Of a stretch of 64,000 nt of DNA, positions 47,838-62,984 are shown in pieces; the stretch's first letter is position 1; every line of letters begins with the position of its first letter. The notes under the pieces are model-generated. The model was not told where the DNA came from, did not search any database, and saw only the letters and a program-made list of their open reading frames with translations. The stretch is from Octopus sinensis (lineage: Eukaryota), in NCBI RefSeq assembly GCF_006345805.1, contig NC_042997.1, positions 156,116,001 to 156,180,000 on the forward strand. Reading direction: 5' to 3'. The position numbers and the translations under genes were made by a program.

Positions 47838-49949
47838 ATGGGCTTCTTTCAGTTTCCGCCAATCAAATCTACTTGACTTGAGGCTATATTAAACACTTGC
47901 CCAAGGTGCTACACAGTGGGACTGAACCTGAAACCATGTGACTGGAAAGCAAACTTCTTATGACACATCCATGTCCATGCCTGAGTAATCATGATATTTG
48001 GTAAACACTAGAACTCTGTCTACTTCTTTGATTCCAAAATAATGAACAGGAAATTACAGTTAAAAATTCATCAAAATATGAGCAGCTAGAATAATAACAC
48101 AAAAGTTAACTTGGTATTTGTTGGTGTCTTTATTTCTTCTTTTTAATGTTTAACCTATAACATATATTGTTAATGTTTATTTTTTATATGCATAACTGAT
48201 TGATTTCTTTAAATATATATATTTAAAAGAAAAATACTCTGAAATGATGATAAATAAACTTTTATTTGCAAAGAAGTGAAGTGTACAAATTTATTTCTCT
48301 TATGCAGGCATCAGTGGCGTCTGCAACTCCTAATAAAATATATATGACTAACATTATCTGGTATTTTTTAATAAGGATTTGGCATCGTTGTTGTTGTCGC
48401 TGTCGTTGTCAGCGTTATCATCATCACCATCACCACCACCACCATCATCATCATCATCATTTAACATCCACTTTTCCATGCTTGCATGGGTCAGGCAGAA
48501 TTTGTTGAGATAGATTTTCTATGGTTGGGTGCTCTTTCTATCACCATCCCTCAGCTGCTTTGGAGCAAGGTAATATTTCCCCAAGGCCAAACATGTTCCA
48601 CAGAAAACTGGAAACAAAGTATCATGCAGTGGAATTGAACCCGAGATCACATGGTTGGGAAGCAAGTTTCATAACCACAGAACCACACCTGCACATTTGA
48701 GCAATTGGTTTATTTATGTAAAATTAATATGACAACATTGTTGTGTAGCTTCTTTACTAATCTCAAAGTTGAAAGCATATGTGTGACAAATGGAACTGCC
48801 AAGGCTTGTCTCATTTAAAATATTTTTACAGGTATATTATTAGGTTATACTAAGCCTTATTTTAGCAAAATTTTCTTTAATATATAACAGCTAATTGTTA
48901 TAGCCCATAATGTCAAAATCTGAATATAAAGATAAATTTTTAATACTGATTTCAAATTTTGGCACAAGGACAGCAATTTTGAGGCAGGAGTAAATCGATT
49001 ACATTGACCCCAGTGCCCAACTGGTGCTTATTTTATTGACCCCAAAAGAATGGAAAACAAAGTCATCCACGGCAGAACTTGAACTCAGATTGTAAAAGAC
49101 AGATGAAATGCTACTAAGTATTTCACCTGGTATACTAACAATTCTGCCAGGTTGCTGGCTTACAAATTTTTAATATTCTGTTTTGTATAACTGAACAATA
49201 AATGGGCAAACCACAGTGTGTATGTTGTGAAGTGTTAAGATTCAGTGAAGAACAACATACTTAATAAGCATTTGGGAATGAAACAAGTATTTTGTCAGAA
49301 GAAGGGAATTTGAAAGAAGAGTACAAGGTAGTAAATGCCAACAACTGGGTAGTTCAAAGAATGATACTATATCCAAGTAGCTAAAGCTACAAATAATTTC
49401 CAATTTTTGGCACAAGGCCAGCAGTTTTAGGGAAGGGGGCACATTGACCTCAGTGATCAATTAGTACTTATTTTATCAACTTCAAAAGGATGAAAGGCAA
49501 AGTTGACCTCAGAACACAAAGACAGACAAAATGTCACTAAGCACTTTGTCTGTTGTGCTAACGATTCTACCAGCTTGCCACCTTGATAAAGCTAAAATAA
49601 TAGCATGTAAATATTAAGTTTTAAAAAATCTATGCATGAAAAAAGTCGAAGCTGCCTGTTGGATTTGAACCCACAATTTCTACAAACATGACAGACTTTC
49701 TACCATTGGATCAAAACAATCCATCAAATTTCTCTATTGATTTTAATAGCTTTGTTCTTTCCAGTGAGAAGTGTATGTTGTTTACATCTCAAGAGTTTAG
49801 AAACTTTAAGAGGCATGAAATAGTTAGGTTTTAACTGTGGAACTTGAAGTATATAAAGCTTTAAATGATATTGTGTCAATATTGAGTTGGAAAAATCCTT
49901 TGGATGTCAAAAGTTGAATGTTGCTTGCATGACAAAACAAAACAAAGCA

Positions 49950-51250
49950 AAACTTTATTACTGCATACTATGTTTCATTGAGCATAGCAAAATCAAAGAA
50001 ACCCCATACAATTGGAAAGGGCTTTGTAAAACTAACAACCATTGATATGGTCTGCATTACATGTGAAGATAATGTTGCTAACATTAAGTTGCAGGATATT
50101 CCATCATCAGATGATATGGTCTATAGACATATTGATGTTATTTTGAAAGCTCTTAAACAACAATTGATTTCTGAAATATAAGCAAGGGTAGTTTTAGTAT
50201 TCAGTTGTATAAACTGACATACATGTGAGTAAACATATCCAATGTGAGGTATCCAATGGTTGGTTTATGTGTAACTTTCTAGTGAAAACGGTATGGAAGA
50301 TGAGTTTTTATTCTGCAAACTATATTCTACTTCAACAACTGAAAGTGCTATTTTTTTAACGAGTCAGTTCCATTATTAGTAGAAAGGAATAAAGAATATA
50401 TGCATCAATGATGTGCCAAGAATGCTTGGAGCCAGTGAGTTTTGTGGTATAATAAGGGAAATTAAATTTCATGTTCAAATTGTTCAACGTTTTTATATTG
50501 AGAGAAAATTTTGCTTCAGAAAGTATATAATTGAAATTGGGTTTCAAAACGAATGATACCATTTAAATTGTAAATTTTATAAGTAGAAAAAATCTTTTGA
50601 TGAATTTAATTTTTGTTTGTCAACTGGATCTGAATAAGAATATTTGCTATGTAACTCAGAAATGGTTGGTTATCTTGTGAAAAAGTTCTGCAGAGAGTTA
50701 TGTCACTATAAAATAAAGGTGATCAACCCTTAAATTAAAAATTTCCAGATACCTAGGGGAAACTTCTGTTAGTTTATATTTCCCATAATTTTTCTAAATG
50801 GAATGATTTAAATATTCCTCTACAAGGAATTACTGGTTTCATGGAGAAAATGTGCTTAAAGAAAAGCTCAAGGAAAATGATGGAAAAACTACATCTTTTC
50901 TAGCATTCAATCTATTGGTAGATGATTACAATAATAAGACAGAATATTTTCATGAATCATCTAGCAAAAATAATAACAGAATTCAATTACTACATTTCTA
51001 TGAAAATATCAAATCAGTGTCTTTTGTTGAATGTCATAAAGGAAAACCAATTGTTGGAAATGAAACAGCGAAAGAGCCTCTTACATTTGCTCTAATATAT
51101 CTATGCAAATTGGGGGTTTGAATTTGAATAGATGCATAAACCTAGCTAAGAAACAAACTGCAACTGAAAGATGACTTAAGAATCAGCTTATTATAAATGA
51201 AACTTAGACTGGAAGAGTTTCCTAAATTTCTCCAAAGTAAAATTTCTCAT
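49950..51250 (+). mobile_element. Decayed hAT Buster/Charlie transposase remnant
   Basis: IAKSKKPHTIGKGFVK..DMV..KLQDIPSSDDMVYRHID..LKQQLISEI matches the Buster/ZBED5-type motif; further fragments (EDEFLFCK) downstream. Confidence 0.8.
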
Positions 51251-52792
51251 AAAATTGCATAAATGCACATACTATATCATGTAAGAATATGAAGAATGAA
51301 ACATTACTGTAAACTGAGGGAATGGTGAGCATATAGAGAGTTAACATATTGGAGCATGATATTTAAGTTATGAATCCAACTATTTTCTGATTAATAACCT
51401 AAATCTTTATATAATATTTTAAAATTCCATAGTGTCTTTTTGCAATATTGAATGTTACTAAATTGCCACAAGCCAAGCTATTAAATGGTGAATGCTAGGC
51501 CATGCTCCGTTTATGCATAGAAAACTTAAAATAATTTTCATGAGGCTTATCAATATCTATTTTCATAAAATAAATGGCTTTGGAATATAAATTTTGTAAG
51601 TCTCTATAACAGTAAATTTAATAGACTAGTCTCAGTTGCAGATTCAGTTTTCAAGCAATAAAATTTAATTTTCAATATTTGGTAGAGTTACAGAGAAAAT
51701 CAGGCAAAATCATCCACCATTTTGCTATAAAATGGGAAAATAGCAAATCACTAAATACAGAAAAAGCAGCATCACTTCCTTAATTAAATACTAAATTACT
51801 TCTCACTATAATTACTCATCTATTAAATACATTAAAAAACAAGCTATAGTGAATAGGATGGATAGAAGTTATTATTGTTCTTGTTTTATTTTAGGATATT
51901 TTTTTTTCAATTTTTGGCTTACCATGTTTGAAATTATAACCTGTGGGGTTGCTATGCAAAGAGATTAAATACCATTACTTGTCATAGTTATCTGACCTGA
52001 CAGAAATAGCAGCCAAATTTTCTTTAAGTCCTACCTACCATCTTAAATAAGCTTGAATTAAAAAAAGATCAGACAATCATGGCTGGATTGCTTTTGATTA
52101 TTGGACAATTAGCAACGGGTCTATCATAAGTCTGATCAATCAAGAATGACTGAGGTTAAAGAACCATAGAAACAGCAACAACAATAACAACACAAAAGAG
52201 CCTCAATGTAGTTATTCACCCTACTAGAAATGGTAGTCAAATCTCACTTAAATTTTGCTCTACTACTGTAAAATAAAAGGGCATGTTGAATAATGTGATC
52301 TTAGATACAAAGTATCTGAAAAACGAAAAAAGATGTAATGTTCATGGCTGGAATGTGCTTTGAACATAAGTCTGCTTGATCAGAGCTGGTACAGGGCTGA
52401 ACAACTCCTGCTAAGAGTCTCAATGTAGTCACTTGATCTGGTAAAAACTATAGCCAAATCTCCTTCAAATAACATCTTACCATCTTAAAAAAACAGAGTA
52501 TATGTGAAAAACAAACAGAAAAGTCATAACTGTAACACTTTTGGTCAAGGATCTGCTGGATCAGAGTTGACCTGTAACTAAACAGCAAAAACAGCAACTG
52601 TGACCATCACCACCATCACCATTGTCAACATCACCAACAGTGTTTCTAGCAAACAAAATTTACAATATTTTATTCCTTGTCGCCATCACATGCTACAGTG
52701 TTTGGGTGAAAGTTATTTGTGGAGCTGATGGTGGTTTTGATGAGGGGAGGAGGAATAGATAACTGCATTGGTTCTTGTTTGTTATTTCTTTA

Positions 52793-53415
52793 TCATCATC
52801 ATCATCATCATCATTTAGCGTCCACTTTCCATGCTAGCATAGGTTGGACGGTTCAACTGGGGTCTGTGAAGCCAGAAGGCTGCATCAGGCCCAGTCTGAT
52901 CTGGCAGTGTTTCTACGGCTGGATGCCCTTCCTAACGCCAAATCGAAATCAAAATCAAATTTGATGACTGGCATCCGTGCTAGTCAACCACTAAGAGTAC
53001 CATACGAGCATGATCATTGCCAGAGCAAAAAGCTGGCCTCTGTGCCAATGGCATGTAAAAAGCACCATTTGAGCATGATGGTCATCTGCATTGCCTTACT
53101 GGCACTTGTGCTGGTGGCACATGAAAAAACATTTGAGCGAGGTCATTGCCAGTGCCGGTGGGACATAAAACGCACCATTTAAGCATGGCTATTTCCAGTA
53201 CCACCTGACTGGTCCTCATGCTGGTGGCATGTAAAAGTGTCCACTAAACTCTCAGAATGGTTGGTGTTAGGAAGAGCATCCAGCTGTAGAAACTCTGCCA
53301 GATCAGACTGGAGTCTGGTGCAGCCATCTGGTGTGCCAGACCTCAGTCAAATCATCCAACCCATGCTAGCATGGAAAGTGGACATTAAATGATGGTGATG
53401 AGGAGGAGGAGGATG
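52793..53415. mobile_element. Two RTE-tailed SINEs joined back-to-back (- then +)
   Basis: (CAT)n-tail copy 52793-52940 on minus; plus-strand copy ending in (GAT/GAG)n at ~53415; the tails are mutual reverse complements. Confidence 0.8.
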
Positions 53416-55539
53416 ATATTCTTCATGATTTTGGTTGTCGATTGAATTTGATGCTGACCATCTTCTTCAGTTGTGGATCATTTGATGACTGCACATCCCA
53501 ATCCATTATTTTTCAATTGTAGCTCCTTCTTAAAGAGCAATAGTAACACAAGGCACAGCTGCACTGGTGTGAGTGGAGAACTGCAACTGCTGTACATACC
53601 ATGTGCCCTTATGAATAAAGAAATTACAGAAGAAGTGGTATTTCATCATCACAGATGTGTGTGATATACCACAGTACTAAAGTCCATCCTTGAGATCAAA
53701 CATCCCTAAGATCAAATACAAGCTCACCTGAGTTACTTTTCTGTAGCTCTATTGTTGATATTCATAGATATACAGCTACACAGATAGACAGAGACACACA
53801 CCAATACACAAACAAACTCACATAAACATACATACAAAGGTCAGTCCTTTGTTTAGAGTTTGACCTACATAGTTGACTATAGTCTATATAACAGAGAGCA
53901 ACTCCTATCTCTCATATACATACAGACATTCACAAATAAACATACATTTGAACATCATCCTCATTTTATGTTTGCTTTTCCATGCTTGTATAAGTTGGAT
54001 AGGTTTTCTAAAGCATAGTCTCATCACCTGTCCCAGTTTTTTTCCATCTCCTTTGTGAGGTTCAGCCTCCTTAGATCAATTTTCCCCACTTCCTTCCAGT
54101 CTTCATTCCTTTCCACATCTTACTTTCAAATGCCTAGCCGAGCATTTTGCTACTGTGTAACATAGTATTTTGAACATAAGCATCATACAATCTTCTCTTT
54201 AAAACATGTTTGCCTGCTGGAATGGTGACTTGTTTGAAATGAAGAAGAGTTGCACACCATCAACTTCACCCTCTTGTCCATGACCATCTCCAGTCCAGTG
54301 GCAAGACTAGGTGAAAACAACTGAGGATCTAGGCAGATGTAGTGGATAATCAAGATGTCTTACTTGCTTCATCTTGCTCTCTTCACTCCACAATGTGTTA
54401 CTGCAGTTGCCTTCCTCTCTGTTGAACCATGAAGGTTTCTTCCCTGGAATTCAGTCTTCACATGTATAAGTAGGCAAGCCCTAATATACTAATTAACCCT
54501 CAGCTGGGACCCTGACAAGTGCTATTACTCCAAGTCAGAGCACACCTGGGAAAAATAGTGACTAAGAGATGGTTCCACCACTTAACCACTATTGCAGCCT
54601 GCTTTTTTCTTGGAGAGAGAATCATATTGCTGTCAGCATAGGATATACCGCCCTTAACTCCTACCATTCATCCTAACCCTAACCCTAACTCAAGCTACAG
54701 CATTTTCAGAGCATTCACCTCCACTGCTAATTAGGTCACTTAGGTAACGAAAACTATCAACTATCTCCAGGGAGCCTTCTGAACATTTGAAAGAATTTCT
54801 TTCCTGGTTGTTCTTACTGCTAACTAGTTATGTGAACCTGCTACATATGAATTCCTCTGTCATCCTGCCTGTGATTCCATCTCTTGTTTATCTTTAGTTT
54901 ACATTGATAGCAAAGAGTAAAATTTATATGCTTTTTCTGCGTATCAAGCAAGGCCACTTTCCAAATAGCAGCAGTGTTCTGTTACTTTGTTGCTAAACAT
55001 TTGTCTCAGCTAGGTTTACTTTTAAACTTCTTGATTCTTAGTCCTGCTCTCATTTTTGGAACTTTCCCTTTAGTTTGTAGTGGCTGAAGTGACGTACCAC
55101 ATCAGGTTGATATGATGTAGCACAACCAAATGTAGTGTGTAGATATAACATTTGAAGGTTCTCGCATTGGAGGAACCAGTGAGAACCAAGAAGGAAGAAA
55201 TATTATTTACATATATTTATTCATTTGCCTGACAGGTAAGTTAGAGAGACAGTAGTAATTGTAGTGATAGTGATGAAAAGCTTGGCTCACTGGTTAGTAG
55301 TTGATAGTGTAGAAGTTGTTGTCTGTCAGTAGAGAGTGAAAGAGTAAGGAAAGCACAGTGCTGACTAGAAAGGAAGAAAGGATAAAGGTGGCATCATCTT
55401 TCTTGTGGCCAAAAGCTTCTCTTTGTATGTTGAGTGAAAGGTGAAAGGAAGTGTTGCTCATTGCAACACAATGATAGTGATGCAAAAGAGAAAGAGATAG
55501 TAGTTGCTCTCTGTTATATAGACTATAGTCAATAATGTA

Positions 55540-56770
55540 GGTCAAACCCTAAGCAAAGGGCTGACCTTTACTTGATCAGCACAGATCCTTGGAGGTCAAG
55601 TGTTTCCCTATCAATCATCTGGTGTGAAGAGGATCTCCCTGCTTGTTTTGGCAAGCAACAAGTGGGTAGATTTGGTTTCAAATCTCAGGCAGGGCCAAGT
55701 GAGGTCCCTGCAAGTTCTTTGTCCAATTCAACTATGAAAGCTAATTCATCAGTATACAAGAGTTCCAACAATAGTTGGTCTTGAATTTTTCTGTTATAGA
55801 ATAGGAAACTATAATAAACAAGACAGTGCAGAAAACTGAATTCTGATGTACACCTATCTACACACTAAATTCTTCCTTGATCTCATTGCTAGTATAAATT
55901 CTGTACATGAATTCCATGGCTTTCAAAAGTTATTGATCCACATTGAGTTTTTTTATCAACCAACAGACTACAGGGCGTGGGACCTTGTTGAATTCTTTCT
56001 CCAGGTCAGTCTATAAAAGGAATAGTAACTTGGTCTTGGTCAAGAACCTCTTTTGTAGTTGCTTCACTAAGAAGAGGTCATCAGTGGCTCCTTGACCTAG
56101 CACAAACCTTAACTGCATTTCATCTAAGGTAATTTTTTTTCTTAGTAGTTGTGCTTCATTTCTGTAACTTTTTACATCTTGGCCCATGAATTTGACACCT
56201 CTGTAGTTGCTCCTATTGAGAACATTTTTGTTCTTTATAGCAGTTGACAATGATACAATTACATCAGCTACTAGGGATAAGGACATCTCCTTTTATTACC
56301 TGACTGGCAATGCAAGTAAATATCATGTGTTCTACTTCAAGAATAGCAGCATGTCACCAACCATTCTATTCCTCATGGCATAATTGGTTTTGGTTTCCTG
56401 CCTTCATATCCTTAATAGCCCTATTCAGCTGTATAGCGGTCAACTTGGAGTTAATCCCTTTATTTTCCATTTGGTTCTTCTAATTCATCAACCTCTTATA
56501 AGAGTATTTCTATAACTCCTTGTTATAACAGTGTCAGCGAAGGCAAGTGTACTGCTGTCATTAGATACACATATCTCATCAACAGCATCCTTATTCATAC
56601 TGACACTTGATTTGCAATCCAGGACACCTCATGCCTCTGATCCTGTCCTCATAATGTAGAAAATTAGTAAATCTCTTGCTTTCAGCTTTTTCCCTCGCTA
56701 AGCGTTACTTGACACCAAGCTTCTCTTCGAGTCACCTGTTCATTTAACTTCTCTTCCTTCTATTCTCCAG
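55540..56770 (-). mobile_element. Degenerate RTE LINE RT fragment
   Basis: NRSNYRGVK, LDEMQLRFVLGQGATD, DLEKEF, ELLYTDEL. Confidence 0.8.
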
Positions 56771-56807
56771 AGGTATGTCTCTCAGATGCTCCCAGTTGAG
56801 TTTTATG

Positions 56808-56841
<34 letters not shown>

Positions 56842-56866
56842 ATAATATATATATATATATATATAT

Positions 56867-57403
56867 ATTTCTTTACTGTCTACAAGGGGCTAAACATAGA
56901 GGGGACAAACAAGGAGAGACAAAGGGATTAAGTTGATTACATCGACCCCAGTGTGAAACTGGTACTTTATTTATTGACACCAAAAGGATGAAAGGCAAAG
57001 TCGATCTCAGCGGAATTTGAACTCTGATTGTAATGGCAGAGGAAATACCTATTTCTTTACTATCCACAAGGGGCTAAACACAGAGAAGACAAACAAGGAC
57101 TGACAAACAGATGAAAGGCAATGTCGACCTCGGCAGAATTTGAACTTAGAACATATCGACAGACGAAATACCTATTTCTTTATTACCCACAAGGGGCTAA
57201 ACAGAGAGGGGACAAACAAGGACAGACATAGGTATTAAGTCAATTACATCGACCCCAGTGCATAACTGGTACTTAATTAATCGACCCCGAAAGGATGAAA
57301 GGAAAAGTCGACCTTGGCAGAATTTAAACTCAGAACGTAATGACAGATGAAATACCGCTAAGCATTTCGCCCGGCATGCTAACAATTCTGCCAGCTCGCC
57401 ACC
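56867..57403 (-). mobile_element. SINE with tandemly triplicated 3' part
   Basis: Three successive tatttctttac..acaaggggctaaaca..gaaaggcaaagtcg..gaatttgaact units. Confidence 0.85.
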
Positions 57404-57439
57404 TTTTCAATAATATATATATATATATCTACGTCAACA

Positions 57440-57789
57440 CCAACATCAAAATGAAAATCAAATGGAAACTGTAGTTAAGATACCCGTGCTGGTGACATGT
57501 AAAAAGCACCATCCGAACGCGGCTGATGCCAGCGCCACCTGACTGGCATCCGTGTTGGTGACATGTAAAAAGCACCAACCGATCATGGCCATTTGCCAGC
57601 CTCCTCTGGCCCCTGTGCTGGTGACACATAAAAAAGCACCCACTACACTCATGGAGTGGTTGTGTTAAGAAGGGCACCCAGCTGTAGAAACACTGCCAGA
57701 TCAGACTGGAACCTGGTGCAACCTCCTGGCTTCCCAGACCCCGGTCGAACCGTCCAACCCATGCTAGCATGGAAAACAGACGTTAAACG

Positions 57790-57857
<68 letters not shown>

Positions 57858-57860
57858 AAT
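57440..57860 (+). mobile_element. RTE-tailed SINE
   Basis: Three gtgctggtgacatgtaaaaagcacc units, shared tail, long (GAT)n. Confidence 0.85.
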
Positions 57861-57882
57861 GGTATATATATATATATATATA

Positions 57883-58110
57883 GGTGAGCTGGCAGAATCG
57901 TTAGTACGCCGGGCGAAATTGCTTAGCAGTATTTCGTCTGCTGCTATGTTCTGAGTTCAAATTCCACTGAGGTCGAATTTGCCTTTCATCCTTTCAGAGT
58001 CGATTAGATAAGTACCAGTTATGCACTGGGGGTCGATGCAATCGACTTAATCTGTTTGTCTGTCCTTGTTTGCCCCTCTGTGTTTAGCCCTTTGTGGGCA
58101 ATAAAGAAAC
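57883..58110 (+). mobile_element. SINE (gagctggcagaatcgttag family), near full-length
   Basis: Head, gagttcaaattcc B-box, gcctttcatcctttc core; flanked by (TA)n. Confidence 0.85.
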
Positions 58111-59045
58111 AATATATATATATATATATATAATAAGGTTATTGTCTATATGTTGTGAGTGTGTGTGTGTATGTTTATATGCATATTTCATTTAACCCTT
58201 TAGCATTCAGATTACTATAGGTAATGGATCAATAGAATCGGTAGAACATTGGGCAAAATGCCAGTCTTCGAAGTTGTGGTGCTCCAGCATGGCTGCAGTC
58301 AAGTAACTGACACAAGTAAAAGAATAAACGAATAAAAGAATAAGTACTGGGGTTAATTTGTTTGACTAGAACACTTCAAGGTAGTGCCCCAGCATGACCA
58401 GAATCCAACAACTAAAAGAGGATAAAAGATTACCTTTAAATCATAAAGCGTACTACACTGTCATACATTTAGATAATAGCTACGATATTGGCAAGGGATA
58501 CCAGAGACTTGATAAAATAAATTTTCCTCAGTAACAAAAGCTTAAAAATAAGAAAATCTTATTAAAAGTAATAGAATCTTATCAAATTTTAAAGAGTTTT
58601 AATTTCTGTTATCTAAATGAATTTAAGCGAAAAAGATAAGCTTGATTGGTGTTCGTTATGATTTTTGTAAATCTAGATTTTATCTGAGATATTTTAACTC
58701 TATTCTTACATTACTGCATTTAAGTTTTATATTTCTTATTGACTTGTCATATACACACATATACACACATATAAACTCAAACACACACACACACACACAC
58801 TCACTCACACTCACACACACGTATTATATTTTCGAATATAACATTCTTGTTAACCCGCAGACCCTTTGGGGTAAGTAAAGCAAATCATTAAAAACAGCAC
58901 CTGGCAGAGTTGGGTGGAGTTAAGAGAAGGGTTTTGAGTTCAGTCCCAGGCTGACCAAAGTCTTGTGAATAAATTTGGTAGATGGAAACTGATATATGTA
59001 CGTGTGTGTGTGTGTGCGTGTGTGTGTATGCGTGTGTGTGTGTGT

Positions 59046-59110
<65 letters not shown>

Positions 59111-59629
59111 CATGTTTGTCTCCTAATTACCACAGCTTGACAGCCGGTGTTAGTTTGTTTACAGTCCAGCAGTTTAGCAGATTGGCAAAAGAAACTGATA
59201 AAATAAGTACCAGACTGCAAAAATAAGTAGTGGGATCAACTTGACTGACTAAACCATTAAAGATGGGATCCCATCATAGCTGCAGTCTAGTGACAGAAAC
59301 CAGGGATGAAGTAAAAACCTGTAAGTGTGTATATGTATATGTTTATGTGTGTGTGTGTGTTTATCCCCCACCATCACTAGACAACTAGTGTTGGTGTGTT
59401 GGTGTGTATATGCCTTTGTAACTTAGCAGTTTAGTTAAAAAGACTGATAAAATAATGACTAGTAAAAAAGTAAAAAAATACTGGTGTTGATTTGTTTGAC
59501 TAAAATTCTTTAAGGCAGTGCCCCAGCATGGCTGCAGTCTAATGACTGAAGCAAATAAAAGATGAAAGGTGTGTGCGTGTGTGTGTGTGATTGTGTGTGT
59601 GTGTGTGCATGCATGTGTGCATGCCATTT

Positions 59630-60140
59630 TTCATCACCATCATTTTTATGTTCGCTTTTCCATACTCGAATGAACTGGATGAGTTTTTCCTAATGACATT
59701 TCACCATTTGTTATAGCCCTTTGTCATCTTCTTTGTGAGGTCCGGCCTCTTGAGATTAGCTTTTATCACTTCTTCCAATGCCTTCCTTTTCCCACATAAT
59801 CCTTCCAGTTGACAACTCTTTACTCGACTTGTCATTCTCTACACACATCACATATCCTTACCAGTACTGTCATTCTTTCTTTCATACTCCATATAATTGT
59901 CTTATAACCGGTCTCTCTCTCAGCTCATTTCAGTACGGTCATTTATGCATCCTAGCATGCCATGCTTACTTTATTTCTTTCCAGCTTTCACACACATCCT
60001 TCACATTCATTGCCCATATTTTTGCTACCGTGCAACCTCACACTGTGTGCACAAGCATTATACAATCTGTCCATCACTTGTTGGACAGAGAATTCCCTCA
60101 TTGCCAGCAGAAGTAATAACAGAGCTTTTTCGACCTCATT
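59630..60140 (-). mobile_element. Old RTE 3' fragment
   Basis: Reverse complement of the RTE C-terminal and tail sequence (LCWYGHV / RKxWxEV-like remnants). Confidence 0.55.
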
Positions 60141-60344
60141 CTTACTCTCTGTGCACATATGTGCATGCATGTGTATGTGTGTGTGTGTGCATGTGTGTGT
60201 GTGTGCATGTGTGTGTGCATGCATCTTTCACCAATGTTCACTGATAAAAGATGTCAATATCAGTGAGAAGACATTAACTGGAGTTTTTAAATTAAACAAC
60301 TTATATTCATTCCACAATATGTGTGTGCATGAGAGTGTGTGTGT

Positions 60345-60417
<73 letters not shown>

Positions 60418-60771
60418 CGCATGTGGGTGTATTTATATGTGTATATGACGGACTATCCTGTCGAAGACCATGTATGTATGAGTGTTCAGTGAGAAGACAG
60501 AAAAAAGAAAAAAAGAAATATATACAAATATAACAAAGATGTGGGAGTATGGTTGAGAATTCCACTTCCCAACTACATGGTTTTAGGTTCAGTCCCACTG
60601 TGTGGCAACTTGAGCAAGTGTTTTTAACTGTAGCCACAGGCCAACCAAAGCCTTGTGAGTGGATTTGGTAGGTGGAAACTGAAAGGTGCACACATGCACA
60701 CACACATATCTGTGTGTGTGTGTGTGTGTGCAGACATGACACACACACATGCACACACATGCACACACAAG

Positions 60772-60802
<31 letters not shown>

Positions 60803-60986
60803 ACACACACACATGTATTTATGTTCTGGTGTGGTTGTGTGGTATGAAGGTTGTTTCCCAACTACTTGGCTCTAGGTTCAGTCCCACTGTGTGGCAACTT
60901 GAGCAAGTGTTTTTAACTGTAGCCACAGGCCAACCAAAGCCTTGTGAGTGGATTTGGTAGGTGGAAACTGAAAGGTGCTAGTTGTA

Positions 60987-61092
<106 letters not shown>

Positions 61093-61095
61093 CCC

Positions 61096-61140
<45 letters not shown>

Positions 61141-61141
<1 letters not shown>

Positions 61142-61316
61142 TTTTTTCTCCCCCCCCTTTTTTAACCCCTCCCTTTTTTTTGTCCTTTTTCTTTCCTTTT
61201 ACGATCCCTTTTGATCGAAAACCACCACTCTCTTTTTTTTTTTACCCCCAAAAGAAAAGCTCTACCTTGTAATTTGTTCTATCTGTGTGCAGCCCTGTGT
61301 GGCTAATAAAGAAACA

Positions 61317-61319
<3 letters not shown>
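61141..61319 (+). mobile_element. Tx1 3' UTR-only copy in (TCTA)n (left arm of the inverted duplication)
   Basis: aaaagctctaccttgtaatttgttctatctgtgtgcagccctgtgtggctaataaagaaacat is the reverse complement of 61844-61905. Confidence 0.85.
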
Positions 61320-61398
<79 letters not shown>

Positions 61399-61435
61399 CC
61401 CATCTATCTATCTATCAACCTACCTATCTACCTAC

Positions 61436-61475
<40 letters not shown>

Positions 61476-61812
61476 TTATCCATCTATCTATCTTTCTCTC
61501 TCAGTGTGTGTGTGTGAGTGTCTTTGTGTCTGTGTTTGTCCCCCCCCACCACCACCACTTGAAACTGGTGTTGGCATTTTGACATTCTCATAACCTAGCA
61601 GTTCAGCAAAAGAGAATGATAGAATAAGCACCAGGCTTAACAAAAAAAAAAAATACTTATTCTATCATTCTCTTTTGCTGAACTGCTAGGTTATGAGAAT
61701 GTCAAAATGCCAACACCAGTTTCAAGTGGTGGTGGGGGACAAACACAGACACAAAGACACAAAGACACTCACACACACACACACTGAGAGAGAGAGATAG
61801 ATAGATAGATAA

Positions 61813-61843
<31 letters not shown>

Positions 61844-62984
61844 TGTTTCTTTATTAGCCACACAGGGCTGCACACAGATAGAACAAATTACAAGGTAGAG
61901 CTTTTCTTTTGAAGGTATTAAAAAAAAAAAAAAAAAAAAAAAAAGGAAGGGGGAGGTTCGATCAAAAGGGATCGTAAAAGGAGAGAAAGAGGACAAAAAT
62001 AAGGGGGGTTAAAAAAAAAAAAAAAAGGGGGGGAGAGGAAAAAAAAATGATCAATAGGGATCGTTATCACAGAAATGTCAATATGAAGTGTAAAGGGGAG
62101 GACAGGTGAGGTTTACCCGTGGAAAGAAAAGCCTGCGGAAAAGACCACGGTAACCTCGGTCAATGAAGTCACATTTTATATTTCTTTTTTTTTTTTTTTT
62201 TTTTTGCAAATAAGCAACTCTCTGTTTTCGATTTCTGGGTTCATAGGACTATGCTCAAGGTGGCTTCGTCATTCATACGTGCCATTCTTGCTACATTCAC
62301 CCATCTTTTTTTAAAACATTCGCTAGACAAAACTTGCCTCTCTACTCTCACTTTCCTTTTCAAGTGGTACTTGAAGAAGTTGATGAGAGATTGACCAGAG
62401 AGGAAAGTGTTTGTCTCCAATCCTTTCAGACGCGTCCACCAGATACATTCTTTCGCCATAGCCACAAGGATGATGAAAATAGCTCTTCCTTCCCGTTTGA
62501 AGGAAGGAGGCGTGACAATATTGACGATAGACTCAGCTGATAAACCGACTCGTCCCACACGTGACAGCAGTTCTTCGACATAAGCCCACAGGTCGGAAAT
62601 TGTTGGACACTGAACGAGTGCGTGCAGAACGGTTTCGTCGCTCTGACCGCATCTCGGGCAGGTCGGCCCCGTGTTTCTCGAGCCGTGTCTGTAGAGCTTA
62701 TCCCGAACGGGTAGCGCTTCTCGGTAGCACTGCCAGGCCAGGATCTCTGGAAGTTGTCCATGGGCCCTGGCCCGAAAGTCGTCCCGAACAGGCGGTCAGG
62801 TACTCCTCGTCGACGTCCAGGTTCGCCCCGAGCTCGTCGTCGTACCTCCCCTCCACTAAACCCCTATAGAATGCTTTGGTTGTGTTGAAGTCACTTAAGG
62901 TCGACCCAGGACGGCAGAGTTGCTTGAGAGCAACGCGACACTCGCGGTGCCATTCGCCCTTCCTCGGCCTCTTTTTGATCCACG

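Noticed and set aside
54672-54689. (CCCTAA)-like telomeric repeat
   Set aside because: Fewer than three full units; too short to call an interstitial telomere.
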